Source: an uncultured Dehalococcoidales bacterium
GTDB taxonomy: Bacteria; Chloroflexota; Dehalococcoidia; Dehalococcoidales; E44-bin46
DNA length: 64,000 bases
Assembly: GCA_964627215.1 (NCBI GenBank)
Contig: CAZVIZ010000001.1
Coordinates: forward strand, 6,635 to 70,634
Direction: 5' to 3'
Under the pieces are notes generated by a model, which saw only the letters and a list, made by a program, of their open reading frames with translations, ran no database searches and was not told where the DNA came from. Made by a program: the position numbers and the translations under genes. Below, piece after piece: positions 36,610-47,387 of the stretch. Within the stretch, counting starts at the first letter, position 1. The number at the start of each line of letters is the position of its first letter.

Positions 36610-38275
36610 GATCTATAAGCTTTAGCCTGAGCCTATCCGCACCGCGCCAGGTATCCATCTCCAGGTGATAGACGATATCAAGCGCGGGCCCCAGCTCTTC
36701 CAGTCTGTCCCCCATTCTGAACCCCACCCCATCCCAGGTGGTACCGTCCTGCTTGAGCTTCATCCTAAGGTGCTCTCCGTTGCCGCCCATGGTCTTAAGG
36801 TCGCATACGTCCACGCCTCGGCTTAAGAAGATGGGGGTGGGGTTGTCGCAGCCGAAGGGGGCCAGGCGCTTTATGGAGGAGTAGGTGTCCTTCCCCATCT
36901 GGGGCAGTGTAACCTCCGCGTCTACGTTAACCTGGGGTATTAGTTTCATGTCCTTGAGCTCCGCAGTCGCCATTTCAAGGAGGCGTGTTGTCAGGATTGG
37001 GAGGTTTGCGGTGGGCAAGGTGAAGCCCGCTGCCTGGGCGTGGCCGCCGTAGTATGTCATCAGGTCGGCGCAATGGGTAAGCGCCTGCATGATGTTAAAC
37101 TCGGCTATGCTGCGGCAGCTGCCGCAGCTGGTATCGTCCTCCGTCCGCACCACCATGGATGGGCGGTAGAACTCCTCGGCGATCCTGCCCGCTACCAGCC
37201 CGGCGATGCCCACGGGGTATTCCTCTCCGCAGATGGCGATAAGGGGCGCTACGCCCTCTGCCAGTACCTGCTCTCGGGCACGGCTCAAGCAGCTTGTGGT
37301 CATATTTTGCCGCTCAACGTTCCTCTCTTCCAGCTCGATGCTCAGGTCCCGTGCCTCCTGGGAGGACTGGGTTACTAGCAGTTTGTAGCTTTGAGAAGCA
37401 TGTGCCACCCTGCCGGCGGCGTTCAGGCGGGGGGCCAGCTTCCAGGATATCGTGCGGGAATCTATCTTCCCCCGTTCCAGCCCTACCTGATTCATAAGCG
37501 CCTCTATGCCGGGGCGGGGGTGTGAGTTTATCACCCTCAAGCCTTGCTTAACCATCTGGCGGTTTTCGCCGAGGAGCGGGGACATATCAGCTATCGTCCC
37601 TAGGGCCGCCAGGTCCATATACCCCTCTATGTCCTCGCCCTTGCCCGTCCCCTTGAGTAGCGCCTGTAGCAGCTTGAGGGCTACCCCTGCCCCGCTCAAG
37701 TCAACGCAGGGGTATCGTGATTCGGGCAGCTTGGGGTCTATCACCGCCGCAGCCGGGGGTATCTCGGGGAGGGGGGTGTGATGGTCGGTGATGATGACAT
37801 CAAGTCCCATTTCCTGTGCCTGGGCTGTCTCTGCCACGGCAGTTATGCCGCAGTCCACTGATATCACAAGTTCCGCGCCCTGCTTCTTTAGCTTCTCCAG
37901 TGCGGGCATTTTCAGCCCGTAGCCCTCAGTGAGGCGATGCGGTATGTATGGCAAGGCATTGCCTCCCAGCCCCTCTATTCCCTGGACGAGTATTGCGGTG
38001 GCGGTTATGCCGTCCACGTCAAAGTCGCCGTAGACGGCGATCTTCTCTCCCCGTAAGATGGCGCGGTATATCCTGGTGGTGGCCTTATCCATATCCGGCA
38101 TCAGGAACGGATCTGGAGACGGCTGGACGTTGTCGGAGAGGAAGGAATCTATATGGGTGGGGTTGGTGATGCCGCGGTTATATAGGAGCTGTATAAGGAG
38201 AGGAGGTATGCCGTCGGCCTTTTTGATGAATTGGGGTGGGGCCGGGGGCATAAGGTTCCAACGGTGGTTGTTCAA
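36575..38275 (-). CDS. recJ: ssDNA exonuclease RecJ
   Basis: GDFDVDG, DCG, TDHH, PRLNAAGR, GGHAQAAG, LAPFG..NP. Confidence 0.96.
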   Translation of the reverse strand: MNNHRWNLMPPAPPQFIKKADGIPPLLIQLLYNRGITNPTHIDSFLSDNVQPSPDPFLMPDMDKATTRIYRAILRGEKIAVYGDFDVDGITATAILVQGIEGLGGNALPYIPHRLTEGYGLKMPALEKLKKQGAELVISVDCGITAVAETAQAQEMGLDVIITDHHTPLPEIPPAAAVIDPKLPESRYPCVDLSGAGVALKLLQALLKGTGKGEDIEGYMDLAALGTIADMSPLLGENRQMVKQGLRVINSHPRPGIEALMNQVGLERGKIDSRTISWKLAPRLNAAGRVAHASQSYKLLVTQSSQEARDLSIELEERNVERQNMTTSCLSRAREQVLAEGVAPLIAICGEEYPVGIAGLVAGRIAEEFYRPSMVVRTEDDTSCGSCRSIAEFNIMQALTHCADLMTYYGGHAQAAGFTLPTANLPILTTRLLEMATAELKDMKLIPQVNVDAEVTLPQMGKDTYSSIKRLAPFGCDNPTPIFLSRGVDVCDLKTMGGNGEHLRMKLKQDGTTWDGVGFRMGDRLEELGPALDIVYHLEMDTWRGADRLRLKLIDLKTAEPPGASL

Positions 38276-38353
38276 GGCTTCGCCTTTCTACTGGGGGTGG
38301 TTTGACCCTTTAAGGGTATGAAAATTATAATCTCTATGTAACAGGATGGTCAA

Positions 38354-39610
38354 TTGAACATTAGGCGAAGAGCGACAACGGTTTTCTTAGACAGCCTTGG
38401 TTGTAAGCTCAACCAAGCGGAGATGGAGGTGTTGGGTTGGGAGCTTGAGGAATTAGGCTACGCCCCCGCCGCCTCTCCCTATGATGCCGATGTATATATC
38501 CTGAATACGTGCACGGTAACCGGCACCGCCGACGCCAAGTCGCGCCGTCGTCTTAAAAGGGTGAAGCGTTTGAACCCCTGCGCCCTGGTGGTGGCCGTGG
38601 GCTGCTATGCCCACCGTGTGCCCGGTTTGCTCCGTGGCGTGGTGGATATTGTTGTGGACAATGTGGCCAAGTCTGACCTGGCGGCTCTTATTAAGGAGGC
38701 TGGTTTTACACCGTCGGCGCCGGTGGGTTGGGGTGGGGTGAGACGCCGCACGCGGTCCATGGTGAAAGTGCAGGATGGCTGCGACAACCGCTGCGCCTAC
38801 TGCATAGTACCCCTGGTGCGGGGTGGGAGCAGGAGCATCTCCCCCGACGAAGTGCTGGATCAGGTCAGCCGCCGCGTGGAGAGCGGCTATATGGAGGTAG
38901 TTCTCACCGGCGTGGAAGTGGGCTCGTACAGCTGGGGTGAAGTGGGGTTGTCGGGGCTTATAGAGCGCATATTGGCCGAGACGGGTGTAGCCAGACTGCG
39001 CCTCTCCTCTCTCCAGCCCTCTGCCATAACCCCTGGCCTGATTGATTTGTGGCGGGACTCACGCTTGTGCCCTCACTTCCACCTTGCCCTTCAGAGTGGC
39101 AGCGATGCGGTGTTGGGGCGCATGGGACGCCGCTATAACGTTGCAGAGTACGAGGCTGCGTTGCGGCTGATTAAAGATGGCGTTCCCGATGCCGCTGTAA
39201 CCACAGATGTTATGGTGGGCTTCCCCGGGGAGAGCGATGGCGAGTTCCGTGATAGCCTGAGCCTCTGTCGCCGTATGGGATTTGCCCGCATGCACGTCTT
39301 CGCCTACTCGCCGCGGCCGGGTACCCGCGCTGCTTCTATGCCTGATAAGGTGGAAGATAAGGTTAAAAAGGCTCGCAGTAAGGAGATGCTGGCGCTCGCC
39401 GCCGATGGCGCTAGCGTCTTCCGTGAAGGCTTCCTTGGCGGCCAGATGACGGTGCTGTTTGAGGAAGGGCGCGGTGGCGTATGGTCAGGGCTAGCCGGCA
39501 ACTATATACGGGTCTATGTCCCTTCGGCAGAGGATCTTACAAACAAGCTTCTCCTGGTGAGGCTTAAAAGGGTTCATGGGGACGGGGTGTGGGGCGAGAT
39601 AGAGCCTTGA
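38354..39610 (+). CDS. mtaB: tRNA t6A37 methylthiotransferase (radical SAM)
   Basis: LGCKLNQAE, NTCTVT, GCDNRCAYC, HVFAYSPRPGT. This is not the methanol methyltransferase of the same symbol. Confidence 0.9.
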   Translation: MNIRRRATTVFLDSLGCKLNQAEMEVLGWELEELGYAPAASPYDADVYILNTCTVTGTADAKSRRRLKRVKRLNPCALVVAVGCYAHRVPGLLRGVVDIVVDNVAKSDLAALIKEAGFTPSAPVGWGGVRRRTRSMVKVQDGCDNRCAYCIVPLVRGGSRSISPDEVLDQVSRRVESGYMEVVLTGVEVGSYSWGEVGLSGLIERILAETGVARLRLSSLQPSAITPGLIDLWRDSRLCPHFHLALQSGSDAVLGRMGRRYNVAEYEAALRLIKDGVPDAAVTTDVMVGFPGESDGEFRDSLSLCRRMGFARMHVFAYSPRPGTRAASMPDKVEDKVKKARSKEMLALAADGASVFREGFLGGQMTVLFEEGRGGVWSGLAGNYIRVYVPSAEDLTNKLLLVRLKRVHGDGVWGEIEP

Positions 39611-39704
39611 TGAGTTTCTCTGCGTTGGCCTTTATGCCCCCTTTCTTGATATAATAGACGTAATTTTTGGAATCGGGGCTTCGCGCCTCGGCTGGGAGTG
39701 GAAG

Positions 39705-41639
39705 ATGAAAGAAGTCAATTATAGGAACTGGGCGGAGATGGATTTGGAGAAGGCCTATGGCCTGCTTGAAGCTAGGCTGAGCAGCGAGGGTTATAAGAAG
39801 ATCAGGGGTTTGGATAACCCCCATATGCACCGCTTCGTGGCGGCATATATAGAGCTCTGTGACCCCGGCAAGGTATTCGTGTCCGCCGATTTGCCGGAGG
39901 ATATCCAGTACATCAGAGATGCTGCGGTGGCAAATCACGAGGAGGCGAGGCTTGCCTTAGAGGGGCATACGGTTCACTTTGACGGCTACCGCGACCAGGC
40001 CAGAGATAAGAAGGCTACCAAGTTTCTACTGCCCAAAGGCGTGGACCTGGGGCCGGAGATAAACGCCATAGATAGGGACGAGGGCCTTGAGGAGGTACAC
40101 GCCATACTGAAGGGGATAATGAAGGGCCGCGAGGCGTTCGTGCTCTTCTTCTGCCTGGGGCCTACCGATTCTGAGTTCTCCATACCTGTGGTGCAGATTA
40201 CCGATTCCGCCTATGTGGCCCACAGCGAGTCTTTGCTATATAGGCCGGGCTATGCCGAGTTCGGTAAATTGGGCCGGGGCAAGGACTTCTTCAAGCTGAT
40301 GCACTCCCAGGGCGAGTTGGAGGCGGTGGGGCTGGGGCTGGGGGTGAGCAAGAACGTGGATAAGCGTCGGGTTTATATAGACCTCCCCTCGGAGACGCAG
40401 TACAGCACTAACACACAGTATGGCGGCAACACCATAGGGCTTAAGAAGCTTTCTATGCGCTTGGCTATAAACCGTGCCTCCAAGGAGGGTTGGCTCACTG
40501 AGCATATGATGGTTATGGGGGTTCACGGGCCGGGGGGCAGGACTAGTTACTTCCTCGGCGCTTTTCCCTCTATGTGCGGCAAGACCGCTACCTCCATGGT
40601 GAGTGGCGAGGTCATTGTGGGGGACGATATCGCCTACCTGCGCAATAAAGGGGGCCACGTCCGCGCGGTTAATGCGGAGAAGGGCATCTTTGGCATAATA
40701 CAGGACGTGAATTCCAAGGACGACCCTGTGATATGGAATGCGTTGCATACGAAGGCCGAGATTATATTCTCCAACGTGCTCGTCTCCGAGGACAAAATCC
40801 CTTACTGGATGGGCAAGGATGGGGAGATGCTGCAAAAGGGCGTCAACCACTCAGGCGACTGGACACCGGGGAAGCGAGATGCCGACGGCAATGAGATAAC
40901 GCCTTCGCACAAGAATGCCCGCTATACCCTGGATATGGATATACTGGATAACCTGGACCCCAACCTCAACAACCCCCAGGGGGTAGAGGTGAGTGGCATA
41001 ATCTACGGCGGGCGAGATTCGGATACCTGGGTGCCGGTGGAGGAGTCCTTCGACTGGCCCCACGGCATCATCACCAAGGGGGCATCGCTGGAGTCTGAGA
41101 CCACTGCCGCCACCCTGGGCAAGGAGGGGGTTAGGGTGTTCAACCCCATGTCCAACATGGACTTTCTCTCCATACCCATCGGCCGCTATATTGATATAAA
41201 TCTAGCCTTTGGCCAGGGTCTTAAGCACCCGCCTAAGGTGTTCTCGGTTAACTACTTCCTCAGGGACTCAAATGGCGGCTTCATGAATAGCAAGCAAGAC
41301 AAAAGGGTGTGGCTCAAGTGGATGGAGCTCAGGGCCGCCGGAGACGCTGCGGCTATAAAGACGCCCACCGGCTATATCCCCCATTACGAGGACTTAAAAC
41401 GGCTGTTCCGGGAGGTGCTGGATAGGGAGTACACCCTGGACGAGTATAACCAGCAGTTCACTATAAGGGTGCCGCAGTGCCTGTCCAAGATAGCCCGCAT
41501 AATGGAGATATATAAGACCCGCGTTAACGATACGCCCGCGGTGGTATTTGACGTTTTGGAGGAGCAAAAGGCGCGGCTCGAAAAGGCCGCTAAGAAGCTA
41601 GGGGACTTCATAAAGCCCGCTGCGCTTGCTGGCGAATAA
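39705..41639 (+). CDS. pckG: Phosphoenolpyruvate carboxykinase (GTP)
   Basis: TDSAYV, GWLTEHM, AFPSMCGKT, GDDIA, NPMS. Confidence 0.93.
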   Translation: MKEVNYRNWAEMDLEKAYGLLEARLSSEGYKKIRGLDNPHMHRFVAAYIELCDPGKVFVSADLPEDIQYIRDAAVANHEEARLALEGHTVHFDGYRDQARDKKATKFLLPKGVDLGPEINAIDRDEGLEEVHAILKGIMKGREAFVLFFCLGPTDSEFSIPVVQITDSAYVAHSESLLYRPGYAEFGKLGRGKDFFKLMHSQGELEAVGLGLGVSKNVDKRRVYIDLPSETQYSTNTQYGGNTIGLKKLSMRLAINRASKEGWLTEHMMVMGVHGPGGRTSYFLGAFPSMCGKTATSMVSGEVIVGDDIAYLRNKGGHVRAVNAEKGIFGIIQDVNSKDDPVIWNALHTKAEIIFSNVLVSEDKIPYWMGKDGEMLQKGVNHSGDWTPGKRDADGNEITPSHKNARYTLDMDILDNLDPNLNNPQGVEVSGIIYGGRDSDTWVPVEESFDWPHGIITKGASLESETTAATLGKEGVRVFNPMSNMDFLSIPIGRYIDINLAFGQGLKHPPKVFSVNYFLRDSNGGFMNSKQDKRVWLKWMELRAAGDAAAIKTPTGYIPHYEDLKRLFREVLDREYTLDEYNQQFTIRVPQCLSKIARIMEIYKTRVNDTPAVVFDVLEEQKARLEKAAKKLGDFIKPAALAGE

Positions 41640-41689
41640 GCTTATAGCAAATGGCACCTTAAAGGCGCTTTGGGTTACCATGGTGTGAT

Positions 41690-43405
41690 ATGAGGACCGT
41701 CGACGAGCTGAAGAGAACCTTAAGGCGCATAGACGGTCGGGGCTATAAAGCCTATAGGGACATAGAGGGAGACTATGACTTCCGCAACTATGTCCTCTAT
41801 GTGGACCGCGTTCAGGCCGACCCCTTCGCCGCCCCCAGCCGGGTGAGGGCGCGTCTGCCCCAGAAGCTGGCGCGCTTCCCCGCGGACTGCTTTAGCTCAC
41901 ACAGCCGCCGGGTGGCACTGCAAGACCTGCTCACCCGCCGCTTCTCCACCGCCGCGGGGAGGTTTTGTGGGGGGGTGCGGGGGACGGGAAAGAGCGGCCT
42001 CATATCCATAGACTCCCCTGGCCAGGAGATGCTGGAGCGCACCTCTGTTGTGGTGGGGAAGGACTTTGTTGAGGCCCGCTTCGTCATGGGGCTTCCCGCT
42101 CGCGGAAGGAGCGTCATGGCGCGCTCCGCCGAGGTCATGTTTTTTGACGAGCTGCCGCGTATCATACGCGCCTCGTTGCTATTTGAATCCCTTGATGCTG
42201 CCGCCATTCGCCGCCACGTGGAGACGGCCGAGGACGCCGACTACCTGCGGGGAAGGCTCCCCCAGATGGGCCTGGTGGCCTTCGTGGCCGATGGCGCCGT
42301 GCTGCCCAGGGCTAGCGGTATAGACCCCCGCCCCTTGAAGGGTGAGGAGGTGGTGGCGTTCCAGTCTCCTGCCTCGCTGAAGGTTGAAGTTGCGCTGCCC
42401 AATAGGGGCGTCATAAGCGGCATGGGCATACCCAGGGGAGTGACCCTGGTGGTGGGTGGGGGATATCACGGCAAGTCCACCCTGCTGCGTGTCCTGGAGT
42501 TGGGGGTATACAACCATATACCTGGGGACGGCAGGGAATTTGTTGTCACAGACCCGCAGGCGGTTAAGATACGGGCGGAGGACGGAAGGCGCATAGAGAA
42601 GGTGGACATATCGCCCTTCATCTCCAACCTGCCCTTGGGCAAGGACACCACCGCCTTCTCCAGCGAGGACGCAAGCGGTTCCACCTCCCAGGCGGCCAAC
42701 ATCATAGAGGCCCTGGAGGTAGGCACCCGCGTATTGCTTATAGACGAGGACACCTCGGCGACCAATTTTATGATACGGGACCACCGTATGCAGGAGCTGG
42801 TGGCCAAGGAGAGGGAGCCTATAACCCCCTTCATAGATAAGGTTAAACACCTCTATAAAGACCTGGGTGTTTCCACCGTGCTGGTCATAGGTGGGTCGGG
42901 GGACTACTTTGACGTCGCCGACCACGTGATATGTATGGTGGACTACATCCCCCAGGACGTCACCGCCGCCGCCCGCGACATCGCGACTAAATACCGCGCC
43001 GAGCGCCGTCCTGAGGGGGGAGAGGGCTTCGGCTCCATAGTGGAGCGCGTGCCCCTGGCCAGGAGCTTTGACGCCAGCCGGGGTAGGCGGGAGGTCAAGA
43101 TATCATCTAAGGGGCTTCAGTCGATAGCATTCGGCACTCATATGATAGATCTGGGGTCGGTGGAGCAGCTGGTGAGCGTGAGCCAGACCAGGGCCATCGG
43201 CGATGCCATATATTACGCCACCAAGCATATGGACGGCCATAGAACGCTTAAACAGATAGTGGAAATGGTGCTTAGTGCCATAGAGGACAAGGGGCTGGAT
43301 GTTTTAAGCCCGCGCCTTGTGGGGGACTATGCCCGCTTCCGTGGCCTGGAGTTGGCCGCTGCCATAAACAGGTTGCGCACCCTGGTGGTGGAGAAGAGGG
43401 CTTAA
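41690..43405 (+). CDS. ABC_ATPase domain protein (uncharacterised P-loop ATPase family)
   Basis: IDGRGYKAY, QADPFAAPSR, GGGYHGKST, RAEDGR, ASGSTSQAA, LIDEDTSATNFMIRD. Confidence 0.85.
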   Translation: MRTVDELKRTLRRIDGRGYKAYRDIEGDYDFRNYVLYVDRVQADPFAAPSRVRARLPQKLARFPADCFSSHSRRVALQDLLTRRFSTAAGRFCGGVRGTGKSGLISIDSPGQEMLERTSVVVGKDFVEARFVMGLPARGRSVMARSAEVMFFDELPRIIRASLLFESLDAAAIRRHVETAEDADYLRGRLPQMGLVAFVADGAVLPRASGIDPRPLKGEEVVAFQSPASLKVEVALPNRGVISGMGIPRGVTLVVGGGYHGKSTLLRVLELGVYNHIPGDGREFVVTDPQAVKIRAEDGRRIEKVDISPFISNLPLGKDTTAFSSEDASGSTSQAANIIEALEVGTRVLLIDEDTSATNFMIRDHRMQELVAKEREPITPFIDKVKHLYKDLGVSTVLVIGGSGDYFDVADHVICMVDYIPQDVTAAARDIATKYRAERRPEGGEGFGSIVERVPLARSFDASRGRREVKISSKGLQSIAFGTHMIDLGSVEQLVSVSQTRAIGDAIYYATKHMDGHRTLKQIVEMVLSAIEDKGLDVLSPRLVGDYARFRGLELAAAINRLRTLVVEKRA

Positions 43406-43461
43406 GGCGTTGGTGGTGGAATGTATTCGGCATAGCGCTCTTTTCTTAAAGGAGGCGTCCG

Positions 43462-45195
43462 TTGCTTGTGGAGCTTAGGGTAAGGGACATCGGCATCATC
43501 AGCCGGGTGGACTGGGGGTTGGGGAGGGGGCTTAACGTCATCACCGGCGAGACCGGGGCGGGCAAGTCCCTGGTGGTCGGCTCTGTGGAGGCCCTGCTCT
43601 CCGGCAAGGTGGGAGGCGAGCTAATCCGCCACGGTGCCTCCGAGGCCTACATAGAAGGGGTATTCTCCATACCCTCCGGCGACGACTTCGCCCACTTACG
43701 CGAGATCCTGGCGGAGAACGGCCTGGAGCCCGAAGACGACAGCCTGGTGATAAGCTTCACCCCTCGGCGCCAGGGGCGCAGTGTGGTGCGGGTGAACGGG
43801 CGCGCCATGCCGCGTGGGGTGGTGGGTAATATCGGCCGCTTTATGATAGATATACACGGTCAGAGCGAGCACCTCTCGCTGCGTCGTAAGGAGACTCACC
43901 TGGACCTTCTAGACTCATATGCGGATACCTGGGATATGAGGAGGGGGTTTGCCGCCAGGGCGGCGGAGCTTGCGGAAGTGGAGGCGGAGATGGCAAGGCT
44001 CGCCGCCGCGGAGGAGGAGCTAGCCCGCCGCGAGGAGCTCATGCGCTTTCAGCATGACGAAATAGCCCGAGCCGAGCTGAAGGAAGGGGAGGAGGAGGAG
44101 CTTATACGGCAGCGCGATATCCTTGCCTCCGCCGAGGCCCTTAAAGCCCAGGCCCATGAGGCTTATTTGGCGCTCTCCGGCGACGATTCTCTGCCCGCCG
44201 TGGATAGAGTGGGAGAGGCAGCTAAGGCCTTAAAGAAGATGGCGCATTCTGACCCTTCTCTGGCCAAGCAGCTTGCCTTCCTGGAGGACACGGTATACGG
44301 CCTGGAGGAGGCGGCCAGGGATATCCGCGCCTATGGCGAGGCTTTGGAATACGATCCCGCGCGTCTGGAGGAGTTTCAGAACCGGCTGGAGATGATAAAT
44401 GGTCTTAAGCGTAAATACGGCGGTAGTATCACCGCGGTGCTCGAGTGCCTGGATAGGTTGGAGAAAGACCTGGGCGGCCTGACCCACTCCTCGGAGAGGC
44501 GCGCCGAGCTTGAGACGCGGCGCAGCGCCATTAAGGAAGAGATGGGGGCGGCGGCGGCGTCCCTATCCTTGAAGCGTAAGCAGGCCGCTGTGCGCCTGGA
44601 GTCCCAGGTGGAGGCGGAGCTTAAGGAGCTTAACATGGCTGGGGTGCGTTTTGAGGTGGCATTGCAACGGGAGGAGGACCCGGAGGGTATCCCCCTCCCC
44701 GAGGACGGCACCTGCGTCTTTACCTCTAGCGGGGTGGACATAGTTGAATTCGTTGCCTCCACCAACCCTGGGGAGCCGTTGAAGCCCCTGGTTAAGATAG
44801 CCTCCACCGGCGAGATATCGCGCTTCACCCTGGCTTTAAAGGGGGCGCTCTCGGGTGCTGACCCCGTGCCGGTGCTGATCTTCGACGAGGTGGATATAGG
44901 GGTGGGGGGGCGTAGCGGCGAGGTCATAGGCAGAAAGCTGTGGTCATTGGCCAGGGATCGCCAGGTCATCTGCGTTACGCATCTACCTCAGATAGCCGCC
45001 TTCGCCGACGCACACTACGGCATACATAAGGAGGTGGTGGGGGAGCGCACGATGAGCATGCTGGAGCCGCTTGATGGGGATGCCAGGGTAAAGGAGCTTG
45101 CGGCCATGATAGGAGGGCGCACCTACGGCGAGAACACAGCGGATAGCGCCCGTGAGCTTATGCGTAAGGCCGAGGGCTGGAAGCAGACGCAGTAA
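43462..45195 (+). CDS. recN: DNA repair protein RecN
   Basis: GETGAGKS, IHGQ, coiled coil, ASTGEISR, FDEVD, VTHLPQ. Confidence 0.96.
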   Translation: MLVELRVRDIGIISRVDWGLGRGLNVITGETGAGKSLVVGSVEALLSGKVGGELIRHGASEAYIEGVFSIPSGDDFAHLREILAENGLEPEDDSLVISFTPRRQGRSVVRVNGRAMPRGVVGNIGRFMIDIHGQSEHLSLRRKETHLDLLDSYADTWDMRRGFAARAAELAEVEAEMARLAAAEEELARREELMRFQHDEIARAELKEGEEEELIRQRDILASAEALKAQAHEAYLALSGDDSLPAVDRVGEAAKALKKMAHSDPSLAKQLAFLEDTVYGLEEAARDIRAYGEALEYDPARLEEFQNRLEMINGLKRKYGGSITAVLECLDRLEKDLGGLTHSSERRAELETRRSAIKEEMGAAAASLSLKRKQAAVRLESQVEAELKELNMAGVRFEVALQREEDPEGIPLPEDGTCVFTSSGVDIVEFVASTNPGEPLKPLVKIASTGEISRFTLALKGALSGADPVPVLIFDEVDIGVGGRSGEVIGRKLWSLARDRQVICVTHLPQIAAFADAHYGIHKEVVGERTMSMLEPLDGDARVKELAAMIGGRTYGENTADSARELMRKAEGWKQTQ

Positions 45196-45220
45196 CGCAT
45201 CTTCATCTAGCTTGTCATAT

Positions 45221-45258
45221 AAAAGCCCCCGAGTTAAATATTAAATCGGGGGCTTTTT
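45221..45258. terminator. Bidirectional intrinsic terminator between recN and wtpA
   Basis: AAAAGCCCCCGA...TCGGGGGCTTTTT inverted repeat flanked by A and T tracts. Confidence 0.8.
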
Positions 45259-45286
45259 CAGACCTGGTTAGTAACGTGCGGGGGGG

Positions 45287-46258
45287 CTAGCGTATGTATT
45301 GGTGGAGCAGCTCCGGCATCTTAGTAAGGTCGTTGGTCAGTGCTGGCACCACCGGGGGCTGGCCGTTAGCCAGCATAACGGCGTTGCCCTCCTCGCTGAG
45401 CAGGTATTCTATCCAGGCTGCGCCCAGATCGTGTTCGGAGGAGCCGGTGGGTATGGTCACGCCGTAGACTATCGCCTTGCCCCTCTTCTCTATGGTGGTG
45501 CCAGGCTCGGCGCCGGCTATTTCCACCACGGCGGTGGAGTAGAAGTCATTGTAGGTTTCGTCGGCCAGATTTATCTGGGGCGGCAGCGCCACGTAGTTCA
45601 GGTTGTGTTGTGATGCCACCGAGGTATACTCAAAGGCGTAGTCCAGGTCTCCGGACTCCAGCAGCGCAATGAGGTCCACTTCCTTGGGGCGCATCACGTC
45701 GCCCTCGGTCTGGTACAAGCTGTCGTATAGCCCGGGCGCGTCGTAGTGCTCCTCGGCTAGCTGCCACACTATCAGGGTGCGGTAGCCGCAGGGGTCCTGG
45801 TCGGGGTCGCTGCGGCCGTAGTTGATGCCCTCCCTTTGAAGTATCTCGTACCAGTTGTCGCTGGTTATCTCGTCACCGAACTGGGAGGAATCGTTGTAGG
45901 CTATACACATCTGGTTGGTGGCGAAGATGGCGTACCAGTCGGCGTAGTCGGGGAACATTAGCTGTGGGATAAGTGTGTAGTCCGCCGATCCGATGACCCC
46001 GCATTTCCTGTCTAACTCGGTGAACTTGCGGATGGTGGTTGCGCTGCCGGCGCCTTCGGTCAGCACCTCCACGTTGGGATAAAGCTCGTTGAAGCCCGTG
46101 GTTACCTCCTCAAAGGGTATGGTCAGGCTTCCGGCGTGAAATATATGAAGCGTGCCCGAAAGCTCGTCCTCCGGGACCGGATTGGAGGCGCAACCCACCG
46201 TTAGGCCCAATACCAGGCCTACCGTGAGGCAGATACCTATAACTGAAGTTCTTTTCAT
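45287..46258 (-). CDS. wtpA: Tungstate ABC transporter substrate-binding lipoprotein
   Basis: Lipobox LTVGC, IFHAGSL, SADY, DPCGYR, RPKE, YAFEY, IVYGVTIP. Confidence 0.9.
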   Translation of the reverse strand: MKRTSVIGICLTVGLVLGLTVGCASNPVPEDELSGTLHIFHAGSLTIPFEEVTTGFNELYPNVEVLTEGAGSATTIRKFTELDRKCGVIGSADYTLIPQLMFPDYADWYAIFATNQMCIAYNDSSQFGDEITSDNWYEILQREGINYGRSDPDQDPCGYRTLIVWQLAEEHYDAPGLYDSLYQTEGDVMRPKEVDLIALLESGDLDYAFEYTSVASQHNLNYVALPPQINLADETYNDFYSTAVVEIAGAEPGTTIEKRGKAIVYGVTIPTGSSEHDLGAAWIEYLLSEEGNAVMLANGQPPVVPALTNDLTKMPELLHQYIR

Positions 46259-46322
46259 ACTGAATAACCTCTAAAATGTCTATTTGGTGTCATTTATATG
46301 CCCAGGGGGGTTTTTCAGGAGC

Positions 46323-47387
46323 TCATAGCGCACCTCCTGACTGGAATATATGGACGGCGGACGCCTTGAAGGTCATGTAGATGTCACTGCCGATCGATAG
46401 CCCCATGGCGTCGAAGGAATTTCGGGTAACCATGCACACAAAGTCGGGCGGGGCATCCACTGTTAAGAGCAGTGTGGAGCCTTTATCTATGATGGAGCTG
46501 ATTACCCCGTGGAAGGAGTTGCGGGCGCTTGAGGGAAAGGGGGCGTGGGAGACGATGATGTCCTCCGGGCGCAGGGAGGCATGGCATTCCCCGCGGTGCT
46601 TGGTTACTACGTAAAGGCTCACTCCGTCCAGGTTTAAGAGCGCCTCTCCTTTGTCGCCTCTTACCACCTCCCCGCGGAAGATGTTCCGCGCCATGGCGAA
46701 GCGGGCCACGAACTCGGAACTGGGGCGGCGAAATACCTCCTCCGGGGTGCCTATCTGCTGTATGCGTCCGTTCCCGATTACGGCTATGCGGTCCGCCAGG
46801 GCTATGGCCTCCTCAAAGTCGTGGGTTACATGGACAGTGGTGACCTTATACTGCTGGTGTATGTTGCCCATCTCCCGCTGCAGGACCTCGCGGCTGTGGG
46901 GGTCCAGTGCGCTCAATGGCTCGTCCAGGAGCAAAAGCTTGGGCTTGACGCTGAATGCCCTGGCTAAGGCCACCTTCTGTTTCTCTCCACCGCTTAAGGT
47001 GTCCGGCTTGCGGCTAAGCAGGTGCTCTATGCCCAGAAGACCCGTGAGCCAGCCCAGGGTTTTTTCTATCTCTTGGGGCGGCGTCTTGCGTATCCTCAGG
47101 CCGAAGCTAATGTTGTCCTTTATTGACAGGTGAGGGAACAGCATCTGGTCCTGATAGACGATGCTGATTCCGCGTTTCTCCGTCTCTAGTCTGGTTACCT
47201 CCTCGCCGTTCAGCCAGATGCGGCCTTGGTTTATGGGGTAGAGGCCGGCGATGGATTCCAAAAGAACGGTCTTGCCTGCCCCGGTGGGCCCGAGTATTAC
47301 GAAGTATTCCCCGGCGAATATATCCAGGTTGGCATCCTTCAGCACGAAGTCGCCCAGGTCTACCCACAGGTCTCTTACCTTAATCAC
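46323..47387 (-). CDS. wtpC: Tungstate ABC transporter ATP-binding protein with TOBE domain
   Basis: GPTGAGKT, LSGGE, LLDEP, VTHD and C-terminal FKASAV; GTG 47387 overlaps the wtpB stop. Confidence 0.88.
   Translation of the reverse strand: MIKVRDLWVDLGDFVLKDANLDIFAGEYFVILGPTGAGKTVLLESIAGLYPINQGRIWLNGEEVTRLETEKRGISIVYQDQMLFPHLSIKDNISFGLRIRKTPPQEIEKTLGWLTGLLGIEHLLSRKPDTLSGGEKQKVALARAFSVKPKLLLLDEPLSALDPHSREVLQREMGNIHQQYKVTTVHVTHDFEEAIALADRIAVIGNGRIQQIGTPEEVFRRPSSEFVARFAMARNIFRGEVVRGDKGEALLNLDGVSLYVVTKHRGECHASLRPEDIIVSHAPFPSSARNSFHGVISSIIDKGSTLLLTVDAPPDFVCMVTRNSFDAMGLSIGSDIYMTFKASAVHIFQSGGAL

Noticed and set aside
38354-39610. mtaB as a methanol methyltransferase linked to the corrinoid protein
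   Set aside because: Symbol collision only; the sequence is a radical SAM tRNA methylthiotransferase.
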